From the IMG/VR virus record IMGVR_UViG_3300035520_000308: a stretch of DNA of 64,000 nt. The stretch is one strand, 5' to 3'. Every line of letters starts with the position of its first letter. Position 1 is the stretch's first letter. Positions 1 through 10,432 of the stretch are shown here, one piece after another. Source of the DNA: an uncultured virus (IMG/VR IMGVR_UViG_3300035520_000308) (taxonomy: Duplodnaviria; Heunggongvirae; Uroviricota; Caudoviricetes). The notes below the pieces were generated by a model. The model saw only the letters and a program-made list of their open reading frames with translations. It searched no databases and was not told where the DNA came from. The translations under genes and the position numbers were made by a program.

Positions 1-114
1 CATTCATCTTCATCCCTCGGATTTGCAAATTTCTTACACAGCTTAAAGTAAAGATTGAACAGTTCCCACCCATCCGAGCCTTTTGAAAAATCAGCCAAAT
101 AAAATCACTTCCTC

Positions 115-1926
115 TCAATCGTCAAATGGTGTTTCATCTCCATCGTTTGTAAATCCATCATTTATACTCCATCCATAATCCACATATAAATCATCTCCCT
201 GACCGTATATTCTCTTGGATTTTTGGTCATATTCCAGTAGATAACCTTTTGTCTCTGTCTTTCCAAACAATCGGTTTTTTGATACCTTACAAAGTCTCTG
301 ATATGGCTCTAATTCATCGTTTTTCTCATATGCAATTGTTACTGTTGCAAGATTTGGAATATCACTGGAGCCGCTTATCTCGTCATTCTCATTTGTGGAA
401 AAATTATTTTTTCTTTTATGTGCCACCAAAACAATCAAGGCATCATGTTTCAAAGCAATTCGTGACAGTTTTTTCATAAACTCGCTCTGTTTTTCATACT
501 TATCGCTACCGGAAACAGCCTCCAAGTCAATAGCTGTCATGAGGTTGTCCAATAAAACAACTTTTACCCCATACTGCATGATGATATTTTCCGTTACATT
601 AATGAGGCTTTCATGTTCTTCCCCATCAACGATGGAATTATCATACAAAAAGCATTTATCTCTGTACCATGCAGTAATTTGCTCTTTATTCGCTTTTGAA
701 ATGCTATATTGTGTTTCTCCCCACTTATTTTGATATTCGATGATATGTCTGCTGCCGGCAACTTGAAAATCTAACCATGCCTTAAACAGATAGTTTGGCA
801 GCTCTCCGGAATATGCAAAGCATTTATATCCTTGCTCTATCGCATTAACAAGTATCTGGCTTGCAAGAGTTGATTTTCCTTCTCCGCTTTTTCCAGATAC
901 CAAAGTTACCCCACACATCGGCAATCCGCCATACAGAAGTCTGTCTACCTGCTTGATACCGGTTTTTAACTTCGGAATCTGAAAGATGTCCACATCTTGC
1001 ACGTCAGCCAAATCAATAACTTGTTTTATCGGAACAGTGACTGCATTCTCAACACATTTTCTGACTTGTTCTTTCCCGTATTTCCGTAAGATATCATTCG
1101 CATCCTTGCAATCGAGATAATCTTCCTCTCTGACGTGCTTAATTTTCGTTTTTAGACGTTTTTTCAGCTCATCCAGTAAAGTTATATGCCCTTTCTCAAA
1201 ATCTCCAAAAATAACCACTTCTGCGAAGTTATTCACCCAGTTCCAACAATATGGCAGCCAAGTGAATCCTTTCGCACCGTTTGGAACACTTACGGCATTG
1301 CTGATTCCTGATTCTGCGACAGATAGGCTGTCCATCTGTCCCTCCGTGATAATCAGCCTTGAAAAATCCTTACACTGATTCATTCCAAACAGAATTGGCT
1401 TTGAATCCTTTTCAAATATCTCCTTGTATTCGCCTTTATTTGGCTCATAATCGGTCTTTCTGTACTTTACCCCAACAAGAGTACCCTTATCATCAAAAAA
1501 TGGAAATACGAGGAAATTAGGACGGTCTACGCGTACTGTGATTTGATACTCTTCTGCAACTTTCTCACTTATTCCTCTACTCTCCAAATATTTTATTGCC
1601 TCCGGTTTTGGTTTGATAGGCTCTTTAAACTGCTTAAACTGCTTGTATTTCTTCTTTGGTCTGTAATATTCATCAACCATACTTCCAAGGGAGAAATCAA
1701 AATCTTTCGACAGTGTAATCATGTTTCCCGTTACACCGCAGCTTGCCCTCAAACATTTAAACTGTCCGCTTTTAAGATTTATGGAGAATGTGTCCTTGTC
1801 TTTTCTTTGATTGCCTCCGTGGCAGTATGGACAGATTGAAAATCTCAATTCATCGCCATGTTTTCTTGTCTGCCCTCCAACGTGTCTAGCAAAGTCGTAA
1901 GCATCCTGCTCCTTAAATTCGTACAA
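115..1926 (-). CDS. T7 gp4/Twinkle-like bifunctional primase-helicase
   Basis: N-terminal Zn finger (CPYC...CLRASC), TOPRIM motifs (ITEGQMD, SVPNGA, DxD-like GDFE, KDAND), Walker A GKSGEGKS, LLDNL, VAH motifs of DnaB-like helicase. Confidence 0.9.
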   Translation of the reverse strand: MYEFKEQDAYDFARHVGGQTRKHGDELRFSICPYCHGGNQRKDKDTFSINLKSGQFKCLRASCGVTGNMITLSKDFDFSLGSMVDEYYRPKKKYKQFKQFKEPIKPKPEAIKYLESRGISEKVAEEYQITVRVDRPNFLVFPFFDDKGTLVGVKYRKTDYEPNKGEYKEIFEKDSKPILFGMNQCKDFSRLIITEGQMDSLSVAESGISNAVSVPNGAKGFTWLPYCWNWVNNFAEVVIFGDFEKGHITLLDELKKRLKTKIKHVREEDYLDCKDANDILRKYGKEQVRKCVENAVTVPIKQVIDLADVQDVDIFQIPKLKTGIKQVDRLLYGGLPMCGVTLVSGKSGEGKSTLASQILVNAIEQGYKCFAYSGELPNYLFKAWLDFQVAGSRHIIEYQNKWGETQYSISKANKEQITAWYRDKCFLYDNSIVDGEEHESLINVTENIIMQYGVKVVLLDNLMTAIDLEAVSGSDKYEKQSEFMKKLSRIALKHDALIVLVAHKRKNNFSTNENDEISGSSDIPNLATVTIAYEKNDELEPYQRLCKVSKNRLFGKTETKGYLLEYDQKSKRIYGQGDDLYVDYGWSINDGFTNDGDETPFDD

Positions 1927-1927
1927 G

Positions 1928-2755
1928 TTAAAGCACTCCTAAACTTCCCAATAATTCTATTTCATCTTCCGTCAATAAAGAGTATGTGAGACATTCTCCC
2001 TCAATAGCACCTCTTTGTGTCAGTTCCTCATAAAGTTCCTTTGGCAAATTTGAAAATCTTCCGTCTGCATTCTTGCTTTCGGATTTCTTTGGTGGTTTCC
2101 GTTTCAAGTTGTTCCTCTTCTCCCATGTGACGATTGCCGACTTCCAAGATTTCATTTTGTTCTTTCCAATCATCCATCCTTTAGATTCATAAAATGCTAC
2201 GAAAGATTCTGCATCTATCTGACTTCCAACCTCATCACAGTATTCTTTCACTTCGTCTACGTTAGGTGGGATAAAAACACTTTTCTTTTTAGTATTAGAT
2301 TTATCTAATACTTTTTCTTTTATATCTATACTATCCTCTACTATACTATACTTACCTATACTATCCTTACCTATACTGGGTATACCAACATTGGGTATAC
2401 CGATATTTGGTATACCACGTTCATAAGTACCATTTTCTGACAATGTTAGCTGTTCTTTTTCTTTGGTGCATTTGGATTCCCTATACCTGTCATTCCGCAA
2501 ATAATTATTAATTCTCCAATGCTTAATGACAATCACTCCGCTATCAAACACAATCACAAAACTTTTCGCAATCAATATGTTCATATCGTCCTGCGATGCA
2601 CCACATTGTCTCATAATTCCCTTTGGACTATTCACAAATCCGTCATCATCTGCAAACATTCCGAGAGTAAAATATAAACATCTAGCCGATAAAGGCATAT
2701 CCAAAAAACTGTCAGACAAAACTATTGTCTTTGAAAACATCCTACGTTCCGCCAA
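1928..2755 (-). CDS. Phage replisome organiser / replication initiator
   Basis: MAERRMF...FLDMPLSARCLYF..ADDDGF N-terminus; low-complexity SIGKDSIGK linker; C-terminal FYESKGWMIGKNKMKSWK motif. Confidence 0.8.
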   Translation of the reverse strand: MAERRMFSKTIVLSDSFLDMPLSARCLYFTLGMFADDDGFVNSPKGIMRQCGASQDDMNILIAKSFVIVFDSGVIVIKHWRINNYLRNDRYRESKCTKEKEQLTLSENGTYERGIPNIGIPNVGIPSIGKDSIGKYSIVEDSIDIKEKVLDKSNTKKKSVFIPPNVDEVKEYCDEVGSQIDAESFVAFYESKGWMIGKNKMKSWKSAIVTWEKRNNLKRKPPKKSESKNADGRFSNLPKELYEELTQRGAIEGECLTYSLLTEDEIELLGSLGVL

Positions 2756-2756
2756 T

Positions 2757-3110
2757 TCACAACACCACCTTTCTATCTGTAAAATTTTTTAACATTTTCC
2801 AATCATCCTCTAATGTTTGGATAGTTTCGTAAAATATCCCTTTGCCAAGTGTCTTTGCATATTTTCTTTCAAGAGTAGCACCTTCCGACCTATCCCATCC
2901 GTCCAAGAGATAGATGGCATCGCACATATCAAGCAATGTAATAGACATCTTCATGTATTCCACATAAGTAGTATCTTTCGGAAGATTCACATTTATCTTA
3001 GCTGGATTTATTACGGAATAATTCTTTTCTTTTAAATATTCTTCCGCTTTCGCAAATCTTTCCATGTAATCTGTTGTTCCTGTGATTTTCCCACTGATAT
3101 AAATTCTCAT
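2757..3110 (-). CDS. DUF4406 family (nucleoside deoxyribosyltransferase-like) protein
   Basis: RIYISGKITG, NPA, CDAIYLLDGWDRSEGATLE. Confidence 0.8.
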   Translation of the reverse strand: MRIYISGKITGTTDYMERFAKAEEYLKEKNYSVINPAKINVNLPKDTTYVEYMKMSITLLDMCDAIYLLDGWDRSEGATLERKYAKTLGKGIFYETIQTLEDDWKMLKNFTDRKVVL

Positions 3111-3553
3111 TCTTCATCGCTCCAATCTAATTTCTGTCCGCAATAAGGACAATAAAAGTAATGTCTCAATCTATACAAATAATCTCTTATTGTAAATCCA
3201 CAATATGGGCAATCAAAACTACTGTAAACTTTATATGCCTCTATTATGTTTACTGGCTTTTGAGGTATCTGTTTCTTCAACGATTCAATAGCCATATCCA
3301 AACAACCATAGGTAAATTTATTGAACTTACTCTCTTTCAGTTTATCTTCAAATTCCATGAATGAGCGGAGATTTTTCAAACCATCTATCGCATTTTTATC
3401 CGCCATATCAGCATTCTTACGCATATCGCCACTAATTGTTGGCTGTCTTTCTACCATAGGTATGATATCCCTAACAATTTCCATTGTACTTCTTTGTGTT
3501 CTTATTCGCTTTTCAAGGTCATCAATCAGCAAATCTGAATCAATCGGTCTCAC
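3107..3553 (-). CDS. Phage hypothetical protein with C-terminal Zn ribbon
   Basis: KQIPQKP followed by CPYC...CPYCGQKLDW. Confidence 0.6.
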   Translation of the reverse strand: MRPIDSDLLIDDLEKRIRTQRSTMEIVRDIIPMVERQPTISGDMRKNADMADKNAIDGLKNLRSFMEFEDKLKESKFNKFTYGCLDMAIESLKKQIPQKPVNIIEAYKVYSSFDCPYCGFTIRDYLYRLRHYFYCPYCGQKLDWSDEE

Positions 3554-3782
3554 TTATTCCACCTCGCCTTATAATCTCCATTGCTATAGATTTATGTATC
3601 ATAGGCTCATCACCGTCGAAAATCCTTAGTCCATCTCTATCTGACGGTGATTTTTTAATCTGCTCTATAACATTGTTCACGTCATATACTGTCGGCTGTT
3701 CATCGATGATTCGTTTCACTTCAATGTGCGGATATATAAAATTGAATTTTTCTAATAATGCATCAGCATCAATTATTCTCAT
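3540..3782 (-). CDS. Phage hypothetical protein (MRxIDAD...EQPTxYDV family)
   Basis: Motifs shared with 6808-7095; overlapping start/stop with neighbours. Confidence 0.6.
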   Translation of the reverse strand: MRIIDADALLEKFNFIYPHIEVKRIIDEQPTVYDVNNVIEQIKKSPSDRDGLRIFDGDEPMIHKSIAMEIIRRGGISETD

Positions 3783-3950
3783 TCAACCACCTCCAAATCC
3801 TTAAGAACACATTCCTCACACAATTCTTTACCATCATATTTGTACAACTTGTCCACTTCCTGCCTGCAATTGTCGCATTTTAAAACCTTAACTCTGTAAT
3901 GCCTGCAAGCCATTCCGATACATGGCAATCCGCAATCTACGCAACCAGAT

Positions 3951-4595
3951 TCATATTTGACCATCACAACACCGCCTATTCCATAAATCGCACGCTTTCT
4001 TTCTGTGTCCTTCAATCATTGGGTTATCTCCATAAAAATAAGGTCTTAATATTATTTCCACAGTTCTCGCGCCGCAATTGTTACATGAGACATAAAAATG
4101 TCCTTGTTGAGCATAATCGGCATACACAACATTCTCATGCAATTCTGCGTTTCCTCCACAAAACGGACATGGCTTTAATTTAATTTCATTTGTTGCAACT
4201 TTTAGCAATTCTGGATTATCAAAAATGTTTCCAACAATCTCTATGTCATTTCTAGCAATGCTTTCTTCGCCATTTCCATCGAGTATTTCTCCTACATATT
4301 CGCCATCTTTGAATACGACTTTGCATAGTATGTTTTCAAGAATCCGACTTCTATACGGAATACGGACAATATCTCCCTCAAAAATATCGTTACCGTTCTT
4401 GTCTTTTAGACCTGTGTACTGGCAAATCGTATCTTTATCAACAATATGTGCCATGCATATTACTTCACGTTCGCTATCTGCACTTGCCTGATAAAATACA
4501 GAAATCCTATATTCTTCATAATTGCTAATCAAATCGCCAGTAACCCATTCATCATCATTAACACACTTCCCTCGGAATAATATTTCTCTATTCAT
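3951..4595 (-). CDS. YopX family protein fused to Lar-like (restriction alleviation) Zn ribbon
   Basis: REILFRGK, QYTGLKDKNG..IFEGDI, IVGNIFDNPELL, then LKPCPFCGG...CNNCGA...WNRR. Confidence 0.8.
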   Translation of the reverse strand: MNREILFRGKCVNDDEWVTGDLISNYEEYRISVFYQASADSEREVICMAHIVDKDTICQYTGLKDKNGNDIFEGDIVRIPYRSRILENILCKVVFKDGEYVGEILDGNGEESIARNDIEIVGNIFDNPELLKVATNEIKLKPCPFCGGNAELHENVVYADYAQQGHFYVSCNNCGARTVEIILRPYFYGDNPMIEGHRKKACDLWNRRCCDGQI

Positions 4596-4840
4596 TGTCT
4601 ACCCCTCTTTTTTCAAAACATTCTCTAATATCAATAGGAATGTCATTAATATTTTTCTTTTCGCAAAACCATTCCCCATTATTCAATGCACCGGATATGT
4701 AATGTTTGCAATTATCGCATCTTATGTTTCTTTGGTTTTCCGCTGCAACCCTGCATAAATTATTCAAAAATTCTTCACTGAACATTTTTATTTTCTCCTA
4801 CCAATAATTTCCAAAACTTATCAAGCTGTTTCATCCAATT

Positions 4841-5206
4841 TCAATTATCAACATACACAATAATGCACTTAGTCCAGTATTTATCGTATTTTGCAATTTC
4901 TAATTCCATAAGTTCATCAAATTGTGCATCCGACAATTCGGGATAATCGTTTGAAAAATAGTCTTTCATATCCTCAGAAAATTCTTCTCGGTCACAGTAA
5001 CATAATTCTTCATTACAAGGTGCTGTATAATCGAGATATTCACCTACTCTTGCTCTTACATCTGAACAACTCATATAATTATAATCACCACTATTGCAAT
5101 TTTCTCCGGCAAATACCAAAAGAGTTAAAGACGGATTTTCAATTATCAACTTTCTTAATTCTTCGGCAGAATTTAATAAACCTCTGTTATCTTCCATTAT
5201 CATCAC
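4841..5206 (-). CDS. Phage hypothetical protein
   Basis: ORF in a tightly packed minus-strand gene run. Confidence 0.5.
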   Translation of the reverse strand: MMIMEDNRGLLNSAEELRKLIIENPSLTLLVFAGENCNSGDYNYMSCSDVRARVGEYLDYTAPCNEELCYCDREEFSEDMKDYFSNDYPELSDAQFDELMELEIAKYDKYWTKCIIVYVDN

Positions 5207-5619
5207 CTACTTTCCATATTTTTCTATACTGTTCCCTCATTTCCGTTTGATACTGTTTAATAAAATCGCAATGCTCACAATCATCTTGTTTATTATTATC
5301 GCAACCATATTTCGGGCAATCAGCCATAGTATCTCCGCAATGTAAGCATTCAGTATTGTCACAATCCACACATAGATTCTTTCTGTAACATTCGCTTATT
5401 TTTACCTCATTCATTCTTTCCTCCCGACAGTAAATATCCAATCAATAAATTTGTAAATATATTTAGTTCGTCCATACTGTTATAAACTGTTAGTAACTGT
5501 TAGTAAACAACCATACAATCCAAACAATAAAAGCAAACACAAGATAAATCCCTAACCCTACTTGCATTACTATCATTCTTTCTTACCTCCCAACAGTGCC
5601 TTAAACTTCTCAAAATGTT

Positions 5620-5949
5620 TCATTGCAACTCTACAACCTCATATTCATTGTGAAAATTTTGTTCTAAACTATTTCCAAAATGAAACGCATAAACATGGCA
5701 ACTTCTTTTATGCTCTTTATATTCCAACCACCATCCAACTACTGGCTCGTTATCTTCTGAAATTCCTGCTCTATGCCGTACATAAGCATCTCGAATGAAT
5801 AGATATTTATAACCCTTCCACTCATCTTCCAACTGTTCTTTTACGATTTCTAATGCCTGCTCTTTTGTATATTTTTCTTTTGATACCGCAAAGCAATCAT
5901 ATCCGCCACCGACAAAATAATCGAAATCAAATTTGCTCATCGTTACCAC
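5620..5949 (-). CDS. Phage hypothetical protein
   Basis: ORF in operon. Confidence 0.5.
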   Translation of the reverse strand: MVTMSKFDFDYFVGGGYDCFAVSKEKYTKEQALEIVKEQLEDEWKGYKYLFIRDAYVRHRAGISEDNEPVVGWWLEYKEHKRSCHVYAFHFGNSLEQNFHNEYEVVELQ

Positions 5950-6544
5950 CTGCCTTTAACAACTCTTTGAATTTCTCAAACTGTTTCTGCGATACCTTGT
6001 TGCTTACCTTTTCAGGCTTTAATGTCACAACTAAATGCTTGTCGATTATATTTGACAATTCTTTTGCAAGGTTTTTTTCGCCTTGTTTTAAGCCATCTCT
6101 ATATCCTTTACTTGCTCTCTGTTCATTTATCTGTCCGCTGCTTCGATTTTCTCCTTGTCCGCCTAAACTGACATTTCTAAGCTGGTAACCAAAATCAGCA
6201 TATTGCTTAATGTAAAACTTTTCCTTTTCGTCTAATTCGTCTTTAGGAAAATTTACAAAATACAATTTCCAACCATAAGGGTTTTTATCCTCATCATACA
6301 ACCCATGTTTCCGTATGGAAAGGTCAATATGCTGTGAATATCCTGTTAAATGACTGCAACACCTCTGGAGTATATTGACTGCCTGACCTATATACGCAAA
6401 CTTAAATCCGTTTTCATCGATTCGCAAAAAGAAATAAATGCCGCTTTTGTCGTTCAACTTAGGATTCAGTTTCAGTAATCTTTCCTTATTCTTCTTCTCG
6501 ATAGCGTAAATCTGTCTGTAATTAGGTTTCCCCATCAATTCCAC
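5927..6544 (-). CDS. GIY-YIG nuclease family protein
   Basis: SGIYFF...AYIGQAVNILQR, conserved E (LDEKEKFYI) and N (LRNVSLGG). Confidence 0.8.
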   Translation of the reverse strand: MELMGKPNYRQIYAIEKKNKERLLKLNPKLNDKSGIYFFLRIDENGFKFAYIGQAVNILQRCCSHLTGYSQHIDLSIRKHGLYDEDKNPYGWKLYFVNFPKDELDEKEKFYIKQYADFGYQLRNVSLGGQGENRSSGQINEQRASKGYRDGLKQGEKNLAKELSNIIDKHLVVTLKPEKVSNKVSQKQFEKFKELLKAGGNDEQI

Positions 6545-6551
6545 CTCGCTT

Positions 6552-6827
6552 TTATGGTAATGTTTTTTCTAACATTCCTGCCTCAATCAAATCAAATATT
6601 ATGTCTAAATACGTTCTCGTGTCTCTGTATCTGCAATTTGCGTCTTTGTGTATTCTATAATCGTCCTCGTCCCATTCGTTCACATCGAATGTTGCCGGAC
6701 TTACAAAAAGCATTTTACAACCCCTTGCAACGCATAAGTAGTAACATCTAAGTTCTTTTGATACGCCCTTGCAACGCTTAAATCCGAACTTTTCAAATTC
6801 TTCTACATCAACTTTTGGTCTTAACAT
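6552..6827 (-). CDS. Phage hypothetical protein
   Basis: ORF in operon. Confidence 0.5.
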   Translation of the reverse strand: MLRPKVDVEEFEKFGFKRCKGVSKELRCYYLCVARGCKMLFVSPATFDVNEWDEDDYRIHKDANCRYRDTRTYLDIIFDLIEAGMLEKTLP

Positions 6828-7095
6828 CTTCTATCCCACCTCGCTTTACAATTTCGATAACACCTCTCATCATTGCCCAGTGTTCACAATTTATACAGTC
6901 TTTTTCGCAACCTACGCTATCGCAAAATCGTTTACCTAGTTCTGTTATTTGTTCCACAACCTCATCCACGTCATACGCTGTTGGTATACTGTCTAATATG
7001 TCCTCCCATTTATCACCACTGTATACAAGCATAATATTGATACCTAAGCTATCTTTAATACCGTCTCTTACGTCATCAATATCTACTAACCTCAT
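6808..7095 (-). CDS. Phage hypothetical protein (PTAYDV family)
   Basis: Paralog-like of 3540-3782. Confidence 0.55.
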   Translation of the reverse strand: MRLVDIDDVRDGIKDSLGINIMLVYSGDKWEDILDSIPTAYDVDEVVEQITELGKRFCDSVGCEKDCINCEHWAMMRGVIEIVKRGGIEDVKTKS

Positions 7096-7561
7096 TTTCT
7101 ACCTCTCTTTCCATCTTTGCCAACGCCTGATCTGCTTCGGATTTTGTGAGAAATACAGTTTTTCCAAAATCTTCAATTCTTAAATACGCACCTATAAATT
7201 CGCCATTAACTTCAAATCTGCATTGTGTTTCCTTGTTGGCATAATATGTATAAGACACAAATTTTGCTTTATACACTTTCTTTTGTTTCCCAAAATCATT
7301 TTCATCCATTGTTATATTAAAAGGTGCTGTGATAACATAAACTTCATCTCCAACCCTACAAGGCAACCGCAGTAGCAACCCTTTCTCATCTAAGTCCTCG
7401 TATTCTGCTAACTTGTCAACAAAATCTCCATTCACTGTATACACATTGCCTGTTATATCTTTTGAAATAAACCATGCCTCACCTCTTCCGTCAAACGGGT
7501 TATTTCCTGACGCTAGTACAAGTTCATTAACTCCGTAGTCACTCTTCGTTGTAAATCTCAT
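7076..7561 (-). CDS. Phage hypothetical protein
   Basis: KLAEYEDL..GLLLRLPCRVGD and GKTVFLTKSEA motifs common in clostridial phages; start placed at MRFTT after GGAGG. Confidence 0.55.
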   Translation of the reverse strand: MRFTTKSDYGVNELVLASGNNPFDGRGEAWFISKDITGNVYTVNGDFVDKLAEYEDLDEKGLLLRLPCRVGDEVYVITAPFNITMDENDFGKQKKVYKAKFVSYTYYANKETQCRFEVNGEFIGAYLRIEDFGKTVFLTKSEADQALAKMEREVENEVSRY

Positions 7562-7840
7562 CTTCACCGCCTCCATTCTCCAAAATAGCCAAATATCCCT
7601 CCAAAGTGCTGATAGCCGATATGTAGCCTGTTTGATAATTTTGGTCTGTGAAATTATCAGCATCATTTTTCGTTGATTTCATTTCGGCTTTTAGTTCTTT
7701 TATAGTTTTTAATGCTTTAATTGCCATGTCGTATGATTCATGCCTAAGTTTTTCATAAAACTCTCTGTTTGAGAATTTCCTACGATAATAGTCGGAATCA
7801 TTTTTCTCACATTCAATAAAATGTATTATCTCTTTTTCTG

Positions 7841-8107
7841 TCATTCTTCATCACTCCATTTCAACCGCTGACCACATTCCATGCAATACTTCTTGTTTTC
7901 ATAAAATCTGTTATACCAAGTTTCACAATTTGGACAACATATACCTTTTTCTTTTGTCATCATATTCGTTGTAATAATAGGCTTTTTCGGTATCTGATTT
8001 TCCAATGCTCCAATCGCTATGTCAGTAGCTTCAATTGCTTTTTCTGTAAATACTTTGTAAGTATCCTTGAAAGCCTCTTGCCATTTAATTGATTCATCTA
8101 TCGTCAT
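7841..8107 (-). CDS. Zn-ribbon phage protein
   Basis: QIPKKP, CPNC...CMECGQRLKW. Confidence 0.55.
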   Translation of the reverse strand: MTIDESIKWQEAFKDTYKVFTEKAIEATDIAIGALENQIPKKPIITTNMMTKEKGICCPNCETWYNRFYENKKYCMECGQRLKWSDEE

Positions 8108-8113
8108 TGTTCA

Positions 8114-8467
8114 TCACTCCTCATATCCACAATCTTCGCAAGCTCCGTCAAAAACATATGCGTTATTCACAGTGCCACATCTTGGACATTTATATCCGCC
8201 CTGTTCATGAGTTCCTACCATCCTAAATTTTCCGACATCAATGAAATTCCCTTTACTGTTACAGTGTGTTTTGAAATAATCAGTACTCCTTATGAAATTT
8301 TCAACAGCAGAATTTACAGCATTACTATATCTTCTAAGACAGCTATCGCAAATCTCAATATCTCTTTTACGTTCTATGCCATTGTAAACATCAACAACAA
8401 TGTTACGTTTATAAAGTCCTGCAACTTCTTTCCCACAGAAGTCGCATTGATATATTGTTTTTATCAT
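8114..8467 (-). CDS. Cys-rich phage protein
   Basis: Several CxxC pairs; AGAAAGGAG RBS. Confidence 0.5.
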   Translation of the reverse strand: MIKTIYQCDFCGKEVAGLYKRNIVVDVYNGIERKRDIEICDSCLRRYSNAVNSAVENFIRSTDYFKTHCNSKGNFIDVGKFRMVGTHEQGGYKCPRCGTVNNAYVFDGACEDCGYEE

Positions 8468-8589
8468 TATAAAATCTCCTTTCTATGTTTTCTAATCCCT
8501 CATATTTCCGATTTCTAGCCACTTTACGACTGCCAACCGACAAATTATCGTTAAACGACTAAAAATCGGATATGGGGCATTTCTGCGTG

Positions 8590-9351
8590 TTACATAAAGT
8601 CATAAATCGTCATTTGTGCCATTTCATCATCAAGTCGCTGTTTTGACAATTTGTAGTAATATTCGTCAAGTTCAAATCCGATAAAATTTCTTCTTGTTCT
8701 ATGTGCTGCTATCCCTGTCGAACACGAGCCACAACAACTATCTAAAACCAAATCTCCAATATCTGAATATGTTTGTATGAGATATTCTATTAAAGGAACT
8801 GGTTTCTGCGTGCTATGTATTCTGCCATCCTTTCTATTTCCATTAGAAAACGTAAGTATGCTTTTTGGGAAATACTCATTATTGTATGATTTTATAGCTC
8901 CGTAATCTCCGTAACAAGTTTTCCCATCTGCAGTTGTATTTTTGTTTCTACCTTTTTGCCTTGGCTTTCCTCTAATTTCCATAATAGGATTGTATTTCGG
9001 AGGCTTTTTGTAAAATACGCATATTGTTTCATGCGTTCTCATAGGCATTTTATGAGCATTCAGGAAACCGCTCGATAAAACTTTATCCCAAACCAAATCA
9101 TACCTAAACAATTTTCTATTGCTGTTTATAAGGTCTGTGGTAAAAGGCTGCGCTGAAAATAAAAGTATTGCTCCATTATCTTTGATAATTCTTTCGTATT
9201 GCCCCCACAACTTATCAAATGGAATAATGCAATCCCATTTATTTTTAGTCGTTCCGTATGGCAAATCAGTTATGATTAAGTCAATACTTCTATCATCAAT
9301 TAGCTTCATTCCTTCTATGCAATCCATATTGTAATAGCCAAAATCTAACAA
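8590..9351 (-). CDS. Site-specific DNA methyltransferase (N6A/N4C, beta class)
   Basis: TDLPY catalytic motif, HSTQKP, VLDSCCGSCSTG SAM-binding motif. Confidence 0.9.
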   Translation of the reverse strand: MLDFGYYNMDCIEGMKLIDDRSIDLIITDLPYGTTKNKWDCIIPFDKLWGQYERIIKDNGAILLFSAQPFTTDLINSNRKLFRYDLVWDKVLSSGFLNAHKMPMRTHETICVFYKKPPKYNPIMEIRGKPRQKGRNKNTTADGKTCYGDYGAIKSYNNEYFPKSILTFSNGNRKDGRIHSTQKPVPLIEYLIQTYSDIGDLVLDSCCGSCSTGIAAHRTRRNFIGFELDEYYYKLSKQRLDDEMAQMTIYDFM

Positions 9352-9360
9352 TATTACCTC

Positions 9361-9777
9361 CTACGCAAATGGCAAACTGTTTTCAATTCCATCAGGAATA
9401 TCCATAAAATTTCCCTCAGGTGCAGTTGGTCTGTTGCTATAATTGTTTTGCTGATTAGCATTTTTGCTTTCGCAAAATTCCTGTTCCTCAATGACGACAT
9501 CAGTTGTGTAAACTTTATTGCCGTCCTTATTCGTATAACTTCCTGTCTGTATTCTGCCGACAATGGCTATCTTTATGCCCTTGTGCAGATATTTTTCAGC
9601 AAACTCTCCCAGCTTGCCAAATGCTATACAGTTGATAAAATCGGCTGTCGGCTGTCCTTCGGTCTTGAATTTTCTATCGACGGCTAGTGTGTATCTTGCA
9701 ACCGCCGTATTGTTCTGACCGCCATATCTTACTTCGGGGTCTTTGGTTAATCTACCTATTAAAACTACCTTATTGAT
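9361..9777 (-). CDS. ssb: Single-stranded DNA-binding protein (ATC start, absent from ORF track)
   Basis: Own translation: INKVVLIGRLTKDPEVRY...ADFINCIAFGK..GRIQTGSY...acidic tail ending LPFA; AAAGGTGG RBS 8 nt upstream of ATC. Confidence 0.9.
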   Translation of the reverse strand: MNKVVLIGRLTKDPEVRYGGQNNTAVARYTLAVDRKFKTEGQPTADFINCIAFGKLGEFAEKYLHKGIKIAIVGRIQTGSYTNKDGNKVYTTDVVIEEQEFCESKNANQQNNYSNRPTAPEGNFMDIPDGIENSLPFA

Positions 9778-9799
9778 AAGTCATTCCACCTTTCTGTTA

Positions 9800-10165
9800 C
9801 TATTCTTCTTTATCTTTATCAGCAAAGAACTCTCTAATATCAAACCACTTATCCTTTGTGATATGTCCGATTTCCGTTATCACATTTCCCCAGTCCGCAT
9901 CAGCAATCCTTACATACTTGCCTTTCAAATCTTCCCATCTATGAACCCCTACCGTGTCCATAATTCGCATAAGACACTCAATGCCTGCACTATCTCCTTT
10001 AAATTCTTTCGCACCTAAATATCCCTTGCCTATCGCATAACCGCCTAAATTAGTGCCCCAACCATCGCCATCAAGTGTTAGGTAAAATGTCAAAACACCG
10101 TGGTCTGCCATACTGATAGACACATTCTTGATAAGTGCATTTTTAAATTTCTTTTCTTCCATCAA
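9800..10165 (-). CDS. Phage hypothetical protein
   Basis: ORF in operon. Confidence 0.5.
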   Translation of the reverse strand: MMEEKKFKNALIKNVSISMADHGVLTFYLTLDGDGWGTNLGGYAIGKGYLGAKEFKGDSAGIECLMRIMDTVGVHRWEDLKGKYVRIADADWGNVITEIGHITKDKWFDIREFFADKDKEE

Positions 10166-10180
10166 AACCTCGTTTTCTTT

Positions 10181-10432
10181 TCAATACCCACCATTGTTTT
10201 CCAAAAGCCAATCCTTCAACTCGACCTGTGCTCTTGCAAAGCATAATTCCATATCCTCCTCTTGCACATTACATATTTCCAAATCACCACCATCTTCTCT
10301 GTAACCTTTCCTGTAAATGTGGATTTGCCAACTACAAATTTTACCGTAGGAAACAGATAAATGTAGTGGATATGATTCTACTAATTCGTCAAAAAATTTA
10401 AGAAAATCGCTCAATTTCTCACTTCCTTTCAT
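10181..10432 (-). CDS. Phage hypothetical protein
   Basis: ORF in operon. Confidence 0.5.
   Translation of the reverse strand: MKGSEKLSDFLKFFDELVESYPLHLSVSYGKICSWQIHIYRKGYREDGGDLEICNVQEEDMELCFARAQVELKDWLLENNGGY

Noticed and set aside
2320..2415. Short repeats (ctatac, ggtatac) as a separate element
   Set aside because: They lie in the coding linker of the replisome organiser; they may be origin iterons, but this is not supportable by eye
9354..9563. 69-aa minus-strand ORF from the track
   Set aside because: Alternative frame inside the real ssb gene
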